Source of the DNA: an uncultured virus (IMG/VR IMGVR_UViG_3300010278_000172)
Lineage: Duplodnaviria; Heunggongvirae; Uroviricota; Caudoviricetes
DNA: 64,000 nt
Reading direction: 5' to 3' (one strand)
Virus record (IMG/VR): IMGVR_UViG_3300010278_000172
Shown piece by piece: positions 18,410 through 28,134 of this stretch. The position numbers were made by a program, and so were the translations under genes. Under the pieces are notes generated by a model, which worked only from the letters and a program-made list of their open reading frames with translations, had not been told where the DNA came from and did not search any database. Position 1 is the first letter of the stretch; every line of letters starts with the position of its first letter.

Positions 18410-18785
18410 ATGGAACGCAAACAGAGAGGGCTATGCTGACAATACCGCCAGCATAGCAATCCAGAGAGTGTCAAAAGAAGAAAGGAAGAACGATATGGCA
18501 AAGAGAAGCTGCAGACGAACAACTGACGAGAATGCTATTCACAATAAGGCTGTAAAGATAAGAAAAATGACAGATGAGCAGCTGGTACATTACGTTGAGG
18601 ACAGAGTGGAAAAGGCGAGAAGTGAAGGTTTTAATTGTGGAAAAACACAGGCACCCAAACATAAAACTGTGGATATTACAGGAATTATCGAGGAAATTAG
18701 CTCTGTGAAAGGAATTGGAGCAACTAAATTGGCTGATATAAAAGCTATTCTTGAAAAACATCTGGAGGTGAGAACTGATGCCTGA
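18393..18785 (+). CDS. Hypothetical protein with C-terminal HhH-like motif
   Basis: VKGIGATKLADI. Confidence 0.55.
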   Translation: MMKMSKWNANREGYADNTASIAIQRVSKEERKNDMAKRSCRRTTDENAIHNKAVKIRKMTDEQLVHYVEDRVEKARSEGFNCGKTQAPKHKTVDITGIIEEISSVKGIGATKLADIKAILEKHLEVRTDA

Positions 18786-19329
18786 TCCTCGAAGACAGCT
18801 TGTTGGCAGGAGAAGCAAAGCATCCGGAGAGACATTCGAGAGGTGGATTTCAAATGCGTGTGAATTCTATCTGCAAAACGGATGGGCTCACATAGAAAAG
18901 ACACCAGAGCCATTTCATATCACAGGCAAGGATAGGGATGGAACTGTCAAAGGATATTACGAGAAGAAAGGACAGCCTGATTACAAAGGAATCCTCTGTG
19001 ATGGAACTGGGATTATGTTTGAAGCGAAGCATACTGACGGTGACAGAATCAGACAAAATGTTGTGACAGATACGCAATGGGAGAGCTTGGACATATACGA
19101 GAAGTTCGGTGCTCATTGTTATGTGATGGTATCGCTAGGGCTAACAAAATTCTATAGAGTGCCATGGGCGACTTGGAAGAAAATGAAAGAATTGTTTTGC
19201 CACAAATTTATGACAGAACAGGAACTGGAGCCTTATAGGTTGCAGGAAAAACAATGCACGATTCTTATTTTGGAAGGAGTGGAATTGAAAGATGAAAATA
19301 CAGAAAACGGAGCTTGCAACAAAGCTTAA
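18778..19329 (+). CDS. recU: Holliday junction resolvase, RecU family
   Basis: GETFE, IEKTPEP, PDYKG, FEAKHT, Q...L motifs. Confidence 0.8.
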   Translation: MPDPRRQLVGRRSKASGETFERWISNACEFYLQNGWAHIEKTPEPFHITGKDRDGTVKGYYEKKGQPDYKGILCDGTGIMFEAKHTDGDRIRQNVVTDTQWESLDIYEKFGAHCYVMVSLGLTKFYRVPWATWKKMKELFCHKFMTEQELEPYRLQEKQCTILILEGVELKDENTENGACNKA

Positions 19330-20341
19330 TCAGATTAAGGGGGTTGTTCCCAAAAAGACAACAATGCCTATCTTACAGGGAATTTTGGTAAAGGAAGGGT
19401 ATTTAATCGCCAACAACTTAGAAATGACCGTTAAGGCGAAGTTAGAGGGCACAGAGGGAGAATGCTTTATTATTCCAGAGAGAGCCTTTGACCTTATCAA
19501 TAATCTGCCAGACGGCGAAGTAGATATTTCTGTTTCAAATGGCAATACAATGACGATAAGAGCAGACAAAATCAAAAATAAGTATCAGACAATGGATCCG
19601 GAACCATTTCCGGTAGCGGATATTGATGGAGAGGGTAGTGAGTTTACACTTAAAGCGGGACAATTACTGGAATCCGTAAAAAGAGTTTCTTATGCAATTC
19701 CTCAACAGGGAGGAAATGCCACTATGTCAACTATGTGTCTGCAGGCTAAGGACGGACAGTTGAATTTCGTAGGACTTGATGGACATGTCCTTGCATGGGA
19801 CAAGATTGATTATGACGGAGAATTCGAGCTGCTTATTCCAAAGAATACTATAGATAAGCTGAAGACACTCGGATTAACCGGAGAGGTAAGAATCAGACAT
19901 AGTAATGCAATGGCTATATTTGCAACGGAAGATTTTGAAATATGCACAAGACTTGTACAGGGAGAGTATTACAAATATCAGAATATGTTTAAAGAACTGC
20001 CACTACATACTGTAATATCTCGCAAAGAACTTCTGGATGCAATGGTACGAGCCAAAATGTGTACTGCTGAAAAATGCCCCGTTAAATTTGAAATAGCAGG
20101 AAGTCAGCTGGGTTTAAGTATCAAAGACCAGACAACGGATTACCATGAGACAGTTGATTTACAGGAAAATATTTCAGAGGAATTGACCATAGGATTTGAT
20201 GCCAGATTGGTAATTGAAACACTTAAAGCATTTGATTGTGACAATGTGGGTATTTCCTTGCAGAGTCCCAAAATGCCAATGATTATTGAAGCAGAGGATA
20301 GCGATTTCAAGACAATCGTTCTTCCTGTGGCTATAAAGTAA
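19292..20341 (+). CDS. dnaN: Phage-encoded DNA polymerase III beta sliding clamp
   Basis: KTTMPILQGIL, GLDGH, LVQGEY, IGFDARL, VLPV; 349 aa. Confidence 0.88.
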   Translation: MKIQKTELATKLNQIKGVVPKKTTMPILQGILVKEGYLIANNLEMTVKAKLEGTEGECFIIPERAFDLINNLPDGEVDISVSNGNTMTIRADKIKNKYQTMDPEPFPVADIDGEGSEFTLKAGQLLESVKRVSYAIPQQGGNATMSTMCLQAKDGQLNFVGLDGHVLAWDKIDYDGEFELLIPKNTIDKLKTLGLTGEVRIRHSNAMAIFATEDFEICTRLVQGEYYKYQNMFKELPLHTVISRKELLDAMVRAKMCTAEKCPVKFEIAGSQLGLSIKDQTTDYHETVDLQENISEELTIGFDARLVIETLKAFDCDNVGISLQSPKMPMIIEAEDSDFKTIVLPVAIK

Positions 20342-20454
20342 GCACCAAGCATCTATCAACAAATATTTATGTACCATCTGATTGGTCTCGGATAAGGAAT
20401 ATATCACACAAATAAAAAGGGCGGTAGGTGCTTCCGCCCGGAAAGGAGAAACAA

Positions 20455-20604
20455 ATGGTGTTCAAAATAATACTTATAATAATTGCATTTGTTATGCTTT
20501 GCGGAATGGTTGCTGATGAAAGCAGATATAACAAGAGAACATATTGTATTGGATTCGTGGCTTGCATTATTGCAAGAGCAATTTTGGAAGGAGGATTATT
20601 TTAG
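20455..20604 (+). CDS. Small membrane protein (49 aa, below ORF-track cutoff)
   Basis: AAGGAG RBS, MVFKIILIIIAFVMLCGMVA...; stop overlaps next GTG. Confidence 0.5.
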   Translation: MVFKIILIIIAFVMLCGMVADESRYNKRTYCIGFVACIIARAILEGGLF

Positions 20605-20843
20605 TGAGAGGTTATAAGCCGGTTAGCAGATGTAAGGACTGCGGGAAGATATATGATAAGGGCATTCCATATATATGTTCAAAATGTGGGGCAGAAATTG
20701 GAAAACCCACACCAACAATTTTACAAATGATGGGATGTGGAGAAGTTACACTTACAGAAAAATGCGAGAAGGTTGTTGCTAAAAAAGGTTTGTTTGGATG
20801 GAAGGTTAGAGAACCACAGAATCCCGAGGTTATGCAGGAATGA
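20604..20843 (+). CDS. Zn-finger hypothetical protein
   Basis: CKDC...CSKC. Confidence 0.5.
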   Translation: MRGYKPVSRCKDCGKIYDKGIPYICSKCGAEIGKPTPTILQMMGCGEVTLTEKCEKVVAKKGLFGWKVREPQNPEVMQE

Positions 20844-20873
20844 CACCAAAGGAGATGTGTAACAGCTGCACCC

Positions 20874-21203
20874 ATGAAAATTACTGCATGGGTGCATATC
20901 ACAAAGACCATTGGTGCGGCAATCACACCAGAAAGGATAGAAAATATGAAATGTCCAAGATGCGGAAAAGAAACAGAGTGGTTAAGAGCACTTTCAAGAG
21001 TAGACAATAAGACAATGATATGCGATGAGTGCGGAACAAAGGAAGCTTTAGATGCCGCTGGATTAACGGAAGGAAGTTCTATAAGAAAATCCATACTCGC
21101 ATGCGTTGGCAGAGGTTCTACACCGCAGGAGAGAGCCGAAGCGAAGATTCGGGCTACTGGAAATAAGTGGGCGATGGAGAATTTTAGAGATACGCATAAC
21201 TAA
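20874..21203 (+). CDS. Zn-finger hypothetical protein
   Basis: CPRC...ALSRVDNKTMICDECG; true start may be downstream. Confidence 0.55.
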   Translation: MKITAWVHITKTIGAAITPERIENMKCPRCGKETEWLRALSRVDNKTMICDECGTKEALDAAGLTEGSSIRKSILACVGRGSTPQERAEAKIRATGNKWAMENFRDTHN

Positions 21204-21222
21204 GAGTGATGGAGGAAGGACA

Positions 21223-21611
21223 ATGGAATTAAAAGAATTTGCGAATTTAATTGATGGAAGACAATATGACTATCGAATGTTTACCAAAGAAGAATTACAG
21301 CTTGCCAAAGATAACAGAATTGTAATTGTTACAGGTGCAAGTGATGACCTGGTTGAATTAGAGGGAGCAATAACAGATGAGGGGGATTGCTGGGAAGGTG
21401 GCAAATATATGTTAAGGCTATCCCTAATGGTGGAATAGTACACAACTGTGAGCGTTCGGATGTATTCGGATTTACTGCAAAATGGTGTGAAGAGAAAGAT
21501 AAGAACGGAAAGATAATATCATGGACATATGATGTTCCAATAGAACATGAAACATTTGTGATTTATGAAGATGATGAACCTTACTGCAGGGGATTTGTAT
21601 TTAGGGTTTAG
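21223..21611 (+). pseudogene. Phage hypothetical gene split by a 1-bp frameshift near 21403
   Basis: GASDDLVELEGAITDE..CWEGG in one frame continues as ...SWTYDVPIEHETFVIYEDDEPYCRGFVF in the -1 frame. Confidence 0.6.
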
Positions 21612-21617
21612 CCTAAA

Positions 21618-21830
21618 ATGAAATTTAGGAGGCATATTATGACAAAAGAACAGATTCACGAAGCACTGTGCAAAGCTCCAGATGAAGATAAAATGAGGCT
21701 GGCTATAGCTTGTCAGATGAATGGTATTGACGTTCGGGATATAGAGACAGGATTGGCAAATGTGCTTACAGGTGTACAAAAAGCTATAAAACCAGCAATC
21801 GAATATTACAGATATTTAGGAGGAAAATAG
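21618..21830 (+). CDS. Hypothetical protein
   Basis: ORF in operon; start likely a few codons downstream. Confidence 0.5.
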   Translation: MKFRRHIMTKEQIHEALCKAPDEDKMRLAIACQMNGIDVRDIETGLANVLTGVQKAIKPAIEYYRYLGGK

Positions 21831-21831
21831 T

Positions 21832-22587
21832 ATGGCAAATTTTGATGAAGATATTAAGAGAATCACAGATGAAATCCTATCGGATGGAACTGTTGATCAG
21901 ATTATTAGAGAAAAGGTGACGGATGGAATAGAAAAAGCAATAGCTAGTTCATTTAATTATGGAAAGCTTGAAAAGGCGGTCAAAGAAAGAGTTGAGCAGG
22001 TTTTAGTTCCGTTTATTGAAAGCTACGACATGAGTGGATACATTGTAAAATTGGACACACTTCTTACGGAAATGGTCAATAAGTCTGTCCTTATTGACAA
22101 CAAAAATTTGCTGGAAAATTTTAAGTTTATGATGGAAGAACCGCAGGAAACAGATATAAAGATATCTGATTTGTTCAAGGAATATAAGAAGTTTGTTGCC
22201 GGTGATATGGAGGTAGAGGGCCGAGAGATTGTGATAGAGGATAATGCTGAATACGAGGCGATGGATGTACATTTTGAATTCGAAGAAGAGGGTGAGAGAA
22301 GCTGGAGCTCATTCAAGTATGCAACTATTGACTTTACAGTGGATGATGAAGAACAGCAGGATGAATTAAACAGAACAGTACGTCTTTCGCACTGGACAGG
22401 GGATAGAAAAGCCGGATGGGAAATTAGAACAGACACAAATCCTGACATATATTCACTTAGGCACATGAATAAGTTTGATTTGCTTCTTGCGAAACTGCAG
22501 AGAGCGGATGCACGAATTATCATAGACGAGACTGCAGACGAGGATTTTGTTTATTCCGATACAAAGCCAGAGCCGACCTATGAATAG
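21832..22587 (+). CDS. Acidic phage hypothetical protein
   Basis: 251-aa ORF with AGGAGG RBS. Confidence 0.7.
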   Translation: MANFDEDIKRITDEILSDGTVDQIIREKVTDGIEKAIASSFNYGKLEKAVKERVEQVLVPFIESYDMSGYIVKLDTLLTEMVNKSVLIDNKNLLENFKFMMEEPQETDIKISDLFKEYKKFVAGDMEVEGREIVIEDNAEYEAMDVHFEFEEEGERSWSSFKYATIDFTVDDEEQQDELNRTVRLSHWTGDRKAGWEIRTDTNPDIYSLRHMNKFDLLLAKLQRADARIIIDETADEDFVYSDTKPEPTYE

Positions 22588-22589
22588 CC

Positions 22590-22904
22590 ATGAACGGTCA
22601 GCTAACATTTGATAAATTTATGAATATAACAGAGGAAAAGCCATCGGAACATAAGCAAGAGAGAGTTCCGATGGTGGATCCATGTTACTACTGTTTATGC
22701 AGGTCGTGCATCAATAATGCAGAGAGCCTTACTGTCAATCCGGAAGAAGTGCCATACGATTGGCACCCGTGTTTCTTTTGCGATATATGCAATAATTTTG
22801 ATGGAGAAAGTCCCGAAAATATGGAAAGAGAGGAATGCCATGAATATGTGATAGATGATTATCATGCAAGGCAGAATAGGAAAAAATTTAGAATTGTGAG
22901 GTAA
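22590..22904 (+). CDS. Cys-rich hypothetical protein
   Basis: CYYCLCRSC...CFFCDIC. Confidence 0.6.
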   Translation: MNGQLTFDKFMNITEEKPSEHKQERVPMVDPCYYCLCRSCINNAESLTVNPEEVPYDWHPCFFCDICNNFDGESPENMEREECHEYVIDDYHARQNRKKFRIVR

Positions 22905-22909
22905 AGATT

Positions 22910-23164
22910 ATGAGTATAGAACTTAAAACGTGTCCGTTTTGTGGCGGGAGGGCAGTAATGAAGGCTGTCAATAAGAAATACGGGTTCACTATTTGGTGTC
23001 AGTGTAGAAAATGTGGTGCGAGAACCGAGGGATATTGTCCTGATATGAACCATGAAGATAATACTATTACCAGTATTGAAGAGTGCAAAGATATGGCTGC
23101 AAAGGTATGGAATAACAGGGCAGAAAGTGCAAATGAAACTGCGGAAGGTGGGGAAGTCTCTTGA
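22910..23164 (+). CDS. Lar-family restriction alleviation-like Zn protein
   Basis: ELKTCPFCGG...CRKCGA...WNNR. Confidence 0.7.
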   Translation: MSIELKTCPFCGGRAVMKAVNKKYGFTIWCQCRKCGARTEGYCPDMNHEDNTITSIEECKDMAAKVWNNRAESANETAEGGEVS

Positions 23165-23269
23165 TGGAAAAACATGAGAAAGAAAATGTGTGCATTGACT
23201 GCAAACATTATGAAGCCTGTGGAAAACCAGAACGATTTATGAGGTGCTTGGGATATGAGAAAGCAGTAA

Positions 23270-23587
23270 ATGCAGAAAGGAAAGACAATGATAGATGAAC
23301 TTATGGAAAAGTTGCTGGAAGAGCCAGTAGTAGATAATAATGAAATAGTGTTTACGAGCAGAGCTGTGGAACTGATACACGAAATTTCAGAGAAGTGTAA
23401 AGGCATTCAGATCGTAGAGCAAACGAGGGAACAGGCGGAGGAATATGCTAAGGATTTATCCGCAGAGGAAGTGTACTATGATATGCTCCGTAAAATTGTG
23501 GATGCTCCAACTACATTGCATATGAAATGCTCGGTCAGAATGCTTATTCCAATCATTGATCGCAAGCTGAGAGAAAGGGGATTGTGA
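23270..23587 (+). CDS. Hypothetical protein
   Basis: ORF in operon. Confidence 0.55.
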   Translation: MQKGKTMIDELMEKLLEEPVVDNNEIVFTSRAVELIHEISEKCKGIQIVEQTREQAEEYAKDLSAEEVYYDMLRKIVDAPTTLHMKCSVRMLIPIIDRKLRERGL

Positions 23588-24141
23588 TGGATAGAAAGAA
23601 AACAACGGAATTTCTTGGAAATCTTCTTGTGTCAGATAAATTCGGAGGATTTGGAAAGTATTGGGCGAGTGAGGTTAGTATTGATCCGTGGGCCGCAAAA
23701 GGAAAACCTAAAAGAGTTGACTTTATGCAGTTTATTCCTGCCGGACAATGTTCCATATCTGAAATCGAAAAAGGAATATTTGTTTGCTATGAAATAAAAA
23801 GTTGCAAGCAGGATGTTTATTCTGGAAATGGATTAAATTTCATTGGAGAAAAGAATTACATAGTAACAACAATGGAGTGTTATAAGGATTTGTTACCAGA
23901 TATGAGAGATGGGAAGTTTTATAAACATCTGCATGAGGTTTCTCCGGATTCATCAGGACACTTCGGAATAATGGTAGCGATTCCTTATATGTCGGAATTA
24001 ACGGATGAGTTTGAAAACCCGACAGAGTTAGATTTTGAAAAAAGCAGATGGAAGCTTGCTGTTATAAGTAACTGCAGACTTGGTTTGAGGAAGAAATCTA
24101 CTACCGAGTTGCTATTTTGTATGCTTAGAAGTGGAAGATAG
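23584..24141 (+). CDS. PD-(D/E)XK nuclease-like protein
   Basis: EV...RVDFM...YEIKSCKQD pattern. Confidence 0.55.
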   Translation: MMDRKKTTEFLGNLLVSDKFGGFGKYWASEVSIDPWAAKGKPKRVDFMQFIPAGQCSISEIEKGIFVCYEIKSCKQDVYSGNGLNFIGEKNYIVTTMECYKDLLPDMRDGKFYKHLHEVSPDSSGHFGIMVAIPYMSELTDEFENPTELDFEKSRWKLAVISNCRLGLRKKSTTELLFCMLRSGR

Positions 24142-24344
24142 GAGAATGACTATGGGAATGTATCATAAAAATCATTTGATAGGACCAAAATCAAAGAGAT
24201 ATGCAAAAAGACAGACTTCAAGAGGTATGAGAAGAGCTGTGAAGAGAAGCTGCACCGACGAGAGCATTACATTGAGAGGCAAATCAAAAAATTTGTATGG
24301 ATATGATTCGTGGTTGTTTAACTAAATGAGAGACAAGAAAAGAG

Positions 24345-24743
24345 GTGATGATAGACATGAAGATAGTTTGCATTTCAGACTATGCAATACATCATCGAAT
24401 AGGCAGGAGCGAGCCAACAGGAACTACATACACTACACGATTTGGAAATACTAGACAGAAAAATGTGTTCAAGGAATTCTACAAGACCAATATAGGGGAA
24501 TTTACTCCAGAAAAGTGGTTGGAAGCTACCTTACAGATAATACAGACACTTATGGAAAATGAACTTCTGGAGGAAATAAAGGAACATGTCGCAGGTCATT
24601 GTGTGTGGCTTAAAAATGATAAGGAGATTGAAGAATACTCGGCATCCTGTTTAGCTTCTGGGGCATATATGTACTGGGGAGATTTTAAGGACAAGAGACT
24701 ACCGGCACATAAGGTATTTATCTTTGAGGGAGGTGATTTCTGA
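24345..24743 (+). CDS. Hypothetical protein
   Basis: 132-aa ORF in operon. Confidence 0.6.
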   Translation: MMIDMKIVCISDYAIHHRIGRSEPTGTTYTTRFGNTRQKNVFKEFYKTNIGEFTPEKWLEATLQIIQTLMENELLEEIKEHVAGHCVWLKNDKEIEEYSASCLASGAYMYWGDFKDKRLPAHKVFIFEGGDF

Positions 24744-24955
24744 TGGCAGTCTGTATGGAATGCGGAAGAAAATTGAGAAGCCAACAAAGCAAGGAAGTAG
24801 GATACGGACCGGTATGTTATAAGAGAGTGTTCGGTACCAGTATGCGGATCCGTGATGGAGATTCAAAAACAGGTACTGCTTCAGACGATTTTCCATATTA
24901 TGAAATACCAGGGCAAATGTCGATTGAGGATTTTATAAAAGCAGATGAAAAGTAA
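24743..24955 (+). CDS. DUF6011-like Zn-finger protein
   Basis: CMECGRKL...S...GYGPVC. Confidence 0.65.
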   Translation: MAVCMECGRKLRSQQSKEVGYGPVCYKRVFGTSMRIRDGDSKTGTASDDFPYYEIPGQMSIEDFIKADEK

Positions 24956-25047
24956 AAGGAGAGTGCTTTCGCAACCCTCCCAACAGACAGTTAGATTATA
25001 TCATAATTCGTTATGAATTTGAAATAAAAAAGAAGGAGGGCGACAGC

Positions 25048-25647
25048 ATGGACAGCCAATCAACAGAAGAAAGAGCAGAAAAAGTTATAATAGCTCTTAC
25101 ACCAGAACAATTGAAGGATATTTGTGCAAATGCAGCTGAAATTGGAGCAAAGGAAGCATTAAAAACCTATGATCAGGAAAGAAAAAAAGATCAGGGAAAA
25201 CGGGCAGACAGAAGATTGCGAAATACAAAGCTGCTCCTGCGTAATTATCACATGCTCAAAGAACATGCGGAAAACTCAGTTTTCGGGCGAACACAGATGG
25301 AGGAATCGGCTTTGGATATCTTGGAATCAATGATGAATCTTTATGACAATGAGGTAATCATTGAAAGTATCAAGAGAAGTGCAACCAGAACGGCTATTAT
25401 CGTATCGCATATCGAGACGATGTTCGGTTTGTATGATGCCTATTGTGAAAAATCTCCGAACCAGGATATAGACCGTAGGAGATACGAGGTGGTTTGGGAT
25501 AAATACATGGCAGAGCCGGTTCTTACCGTAAAAGAGATTGCGGCAAAACACAATATGTCAAAGGAAAATGTGTATTCCGATTTGAGAGTTGCAGAGGAAA
25601 GATTGACCGCTCTTATATTCGGGGTGGACGGATTGAAAGTACGATAA
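25048..25647 (+). CDS. Putative late-gene transcription regulator (C-terminal sigma-region-4-like HTH)
   Basis: LRNTKLLLRNY and LTVKEIAAKHNMSKENVY; last early gene, directly before a promoter. Confidence 0.65.
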   Translation: MDSQSTEERAEKVIIALTPEQLKDICANAAEIGAKEALKTYDQERKKDQGKRADRRLRNTKLLLRNYHMLKEHAENSVFGRTQMEESALDILESMMNLYDNEVIIESIKRSATRTAIIVSHIETMFGLYDAYCEKSPNQDIDRRRYEVVWDKYMAEPVLTVKEIAAKHNMSKENVYSDLRVAEERLTALIFGVDGLKVR

Positions 25648-25672
25648 AGCCACCGTCTACAAAATAATTACA

Positions 25673-25701
25673 TTGACATCACAGCTTATAAATGGCAAAA
25701 T
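25673..25701 (+). promoter_or_regulatory. Putative late promoter
   Basis: TTGACA-17 bp-CAAAAT with TG at the extended -10 position. Confidence 0.55.
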
Positions 25702-25733
25702 CGTATTTGTAAAATTCTAAATCAAACGTCGGG

Positions 25734-25766
25734 GAAGTCTGCAGAGTTGTTGCAGGCTTCTTTTTT
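25734..25766 (+). terminator. Intrinsic terminator-like hairpin just downstream of the late promoter
   Basis: GAAGTCTGCA-loop-TGCAGGCTTC followed by T6. Confidence 0.65.
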
Positions 25767-25849
25767 GATGCAAACTTTCCGAGAAAGGAGAGACGATTGA
25801 ACAGGAAATGCACCTGCTCCTCCAGAATAATATTGATTGGAGGATAATA

Positions 25850-27235
25850 ATGAATTACACAATTATGGTGCTGGCTGCTTATGCGGTAATTATGATTGCG
25901 GCAACAGTACTTATGACAAACAAAGAGAAAAGCGTCGAAAGGTTTTGTGTTGGAAATAGAAATACAGGATGGTTTATATCTGCATTAAGCATTGCAGCTA
26001 CATGGATATGGGCTCCTGCACTATTTACATCAACAGAGAATGCTTATACCAAAGGCTTTGCAGGGCTGTTTTGGTTTCTGGTACCTAATGTGCTTTGCCT
26101 CATATTCTTTATTCCGTTTGCTAGGAGAATAAGAAAAGAAATGCCGGAAGGAATCACACTGTCTGGATATATGCACCAGAAATACCAGTCTGAATCGGTA
26201 AAAAATATTTACCTGTTTCAGCTTGGAGCATTATCGGCATTATCTACAGGAGTCCAGTTATTGGCAGGAAGTAAAATATTAAGTATGCTGACAGGCATTC
26301 CATTCTGGATCATGACAGTAATCATGGCTGTGATTGCCTATTCGTATTCACAGTTCTCTGGAATAAAGGCTTCGATACTGACGGATTCTATACAGATGGT
26401 CTTTATGTTGATTGCAAGCGTTTGCTTTGCAGTTTTCGGCATTAAGAATGGTGGTGGTATTCAAAATATGTTCGCAGGAATTGGCGGATATACAGGAGAG
26501 TGCAGCTCCCTTTTCTCTGCAAAAGGTATAGAGATATTTCTTGGTTTTGGACTCCCCACAACAGTTGGGCTTATCTCGGGACCATTTGGCGACCAATGTT
26601 TTTGGCAGAGAGCATTTTGTGTAAAGAAAAATCGAATAGGAAGGGCTTTCTTTGTTGGAGCAATTCTATTTGGCATGGTGCCATTGTCAATGGGAATCCT
26701 TGGGTTTGTCGGAGCTGGAATGGGATATACGGCAATTGATACAGGTGTGATTAACTTTGAACTCATTTCAGAGTTATTTCCGAGCTGGGCGGTAATCCCA
26801 TTTTTATTTATGATTGTATCTGGATTATTATCTACGATTGACAGTAATCTGTGTGCAATATCATCCCTCACAACAGACATATTCAAAAAGAATACACTCG
26901 GAAAGACCAAGATTGCCATGGTTGCGCTGTTGGTAATAGGAATTATAGTTGCCAATATCCCAGGGCTTACAGTTACGCATTTGTTTTTAATGTATGGCAC
27001 ACTCAGAGCAGCAACGCTTCTCCCAACAATATTTACATTAAAGGGAGTAAAGCTCAAACCAGAAGGTGTTGTTACTGGTATTGCGACCGCACTGATTATA
27101 GGACTTCCTGTATTTGCTTATGGAAATATCACAGGAACTGCAGCTTATAAAACAGCAGGCAGTCTTTTGACAGTCCTGTTATCCGGAACAGTCGCTTTGA
27201 TTGTAAGCAGAAAGAGGGGGGCAGAGAATGGATAG
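25850..27235 (+). CDS. Sodium:solute symporter family transporter
   Basis: About 12-13 hydrophobic segments; F.VGNR...SIAATWIWA...AY..G, GIKASILTD..Q, WQRAF, LSTIDS. Confidence 0.85.
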   Translation: MNYTIMVLAAYAVIMIAATVLMTNKEKSVERFCVGNRNTGWFISALSIAATWIWAPALFTSTENAYTKGFAGLFWFLVPNVLCLIFFIPFARRIRKEMPEGITLSGYMHQKYQSESVKNIYLFQLGALSALSTGVQLLAGSKILSMLTGIPFWIMTVIMAVIAYSYSQFSGIKASILTDSIQMVFMLIASVCFAVFGIKNGGGIQNMFAGIGGYTGECSSLFSAKGIEIFLGFGLPTTVGLISGPFGDQCFWQRAFCVKKNRIGRAFFVGAILFGMVPLSMGILGFVGAGMGYTAIDTGVINFELISELFPSWAVIPFLFMIVSGLLSTIDSNLCAISSLTTDIFKKNTLGKTKIAMVALLVIGIIVANIPGLTVTHLFLMYGTLRAATLLPTIFTLKGVKLKPEGVVTGIATALIIGLPVFAYGNITGTAAYKTAGSLLTVLLSGTVALIVSRKRGAENG

Positions 27236-28013
27236 CGTACTCGGAAGAAAGCAGCGAATCAAAAACTCTGACTGGATAGAAACTTTTGACAAAATCGAAC
27301 AGCTGATAACCAAAGAAGAACTGGATCAGCTTGTGAATAAGACAATACAGGATATTAAAGCCAAGACAAAGGGAAAGCAAGCCGCCTATGCATGGAGCGG
27401 TGGAAAAGATTCCCTTGTTCTTGGAGAAATTTGCCGTCGGGCAGGAATAAGCTCCTGCGTCCTCGTAATCAGCAATTTGGAGTATAAAGCATTTACGCAA
27501 TGGGTTGAGGATAATAAGCCTCCGGAATTGACAATTATCAATACAGGGCAGGACTTAAAATGGCTTGTTGCCCATCCGCACATGCTTTTCCCACAGGATA
27601 GCAAGTATGCCGCCCAATGGTTTCACATTGTTCAGCACAGAGGACAGGCAAAATACTACAAAGAAAACAATCTTGATATGCTCCTTCTCGGAAGACGAAG
27701 AGCTGATGGGAATTATGTTGGAAAAGGAGATAACATTTATACCAACAGTCAGGGAGTTACAAGATACAGCCCTTTGTCAGATTGGACGCATGAGCAGGTT
27801 TTGGCATATATCCATTATTATAATTTGGCTATGCCGCCTATATATGATTGGAAAAATGGCTATCTGTGCGGAACACATCCTTGGCCAGCAAGGCAATGGA
27901 CAGGAAGTACGGAGAATGCCTGGAGCGAAATCTATGAGATTGACAGCTCCATAGTAAATGAGGCGGCAGAATATTTTGAGAGTGCAAAAGCATTCTTGAA
28001 GACAATAAAATAA
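27228..28013 (+). CDS. PP-loop (PAPS-reductase-like) protein A
   Basis: AWSGGKDS, GRRRADG, PLSDWTHEQV; no ECGLH C-terminus. Confidence 0.8.
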   Translation: MDSVLGRKQRIKNSDWIETFDKIEQLITKEELDQLVNKTIQDIKAKTKGKQAAYAWSGGKDSLVLGEICRRAGISSCVLVISNLEYKAFTQWVEDNKPPELTIINTGQDLKWLVAHPHMLFPQDSKYAAQWFHIVQHRGQAKYYKENNLDMLLLGRRRADGNYVGKGDNIYTNSQGVTRYSPLSDWTHEQVLAYIHYYNLAMPPIYDWKNGYLCGTHPWPARQWTGSTENAWSEIYEIDSSIVNEAAEYFESAKAFLKTIK

Positions 28014-28134
28014 GTTGCTGACATTTGACAGCATTTGCAGACAAAGGATTGCAAGTGCTGTCTTTTGCTATTTGCAGATAGCTTATATATCATACGGATT
28101 TGTTCCTCCAATCAAAATACAGGAGGATACAAAG

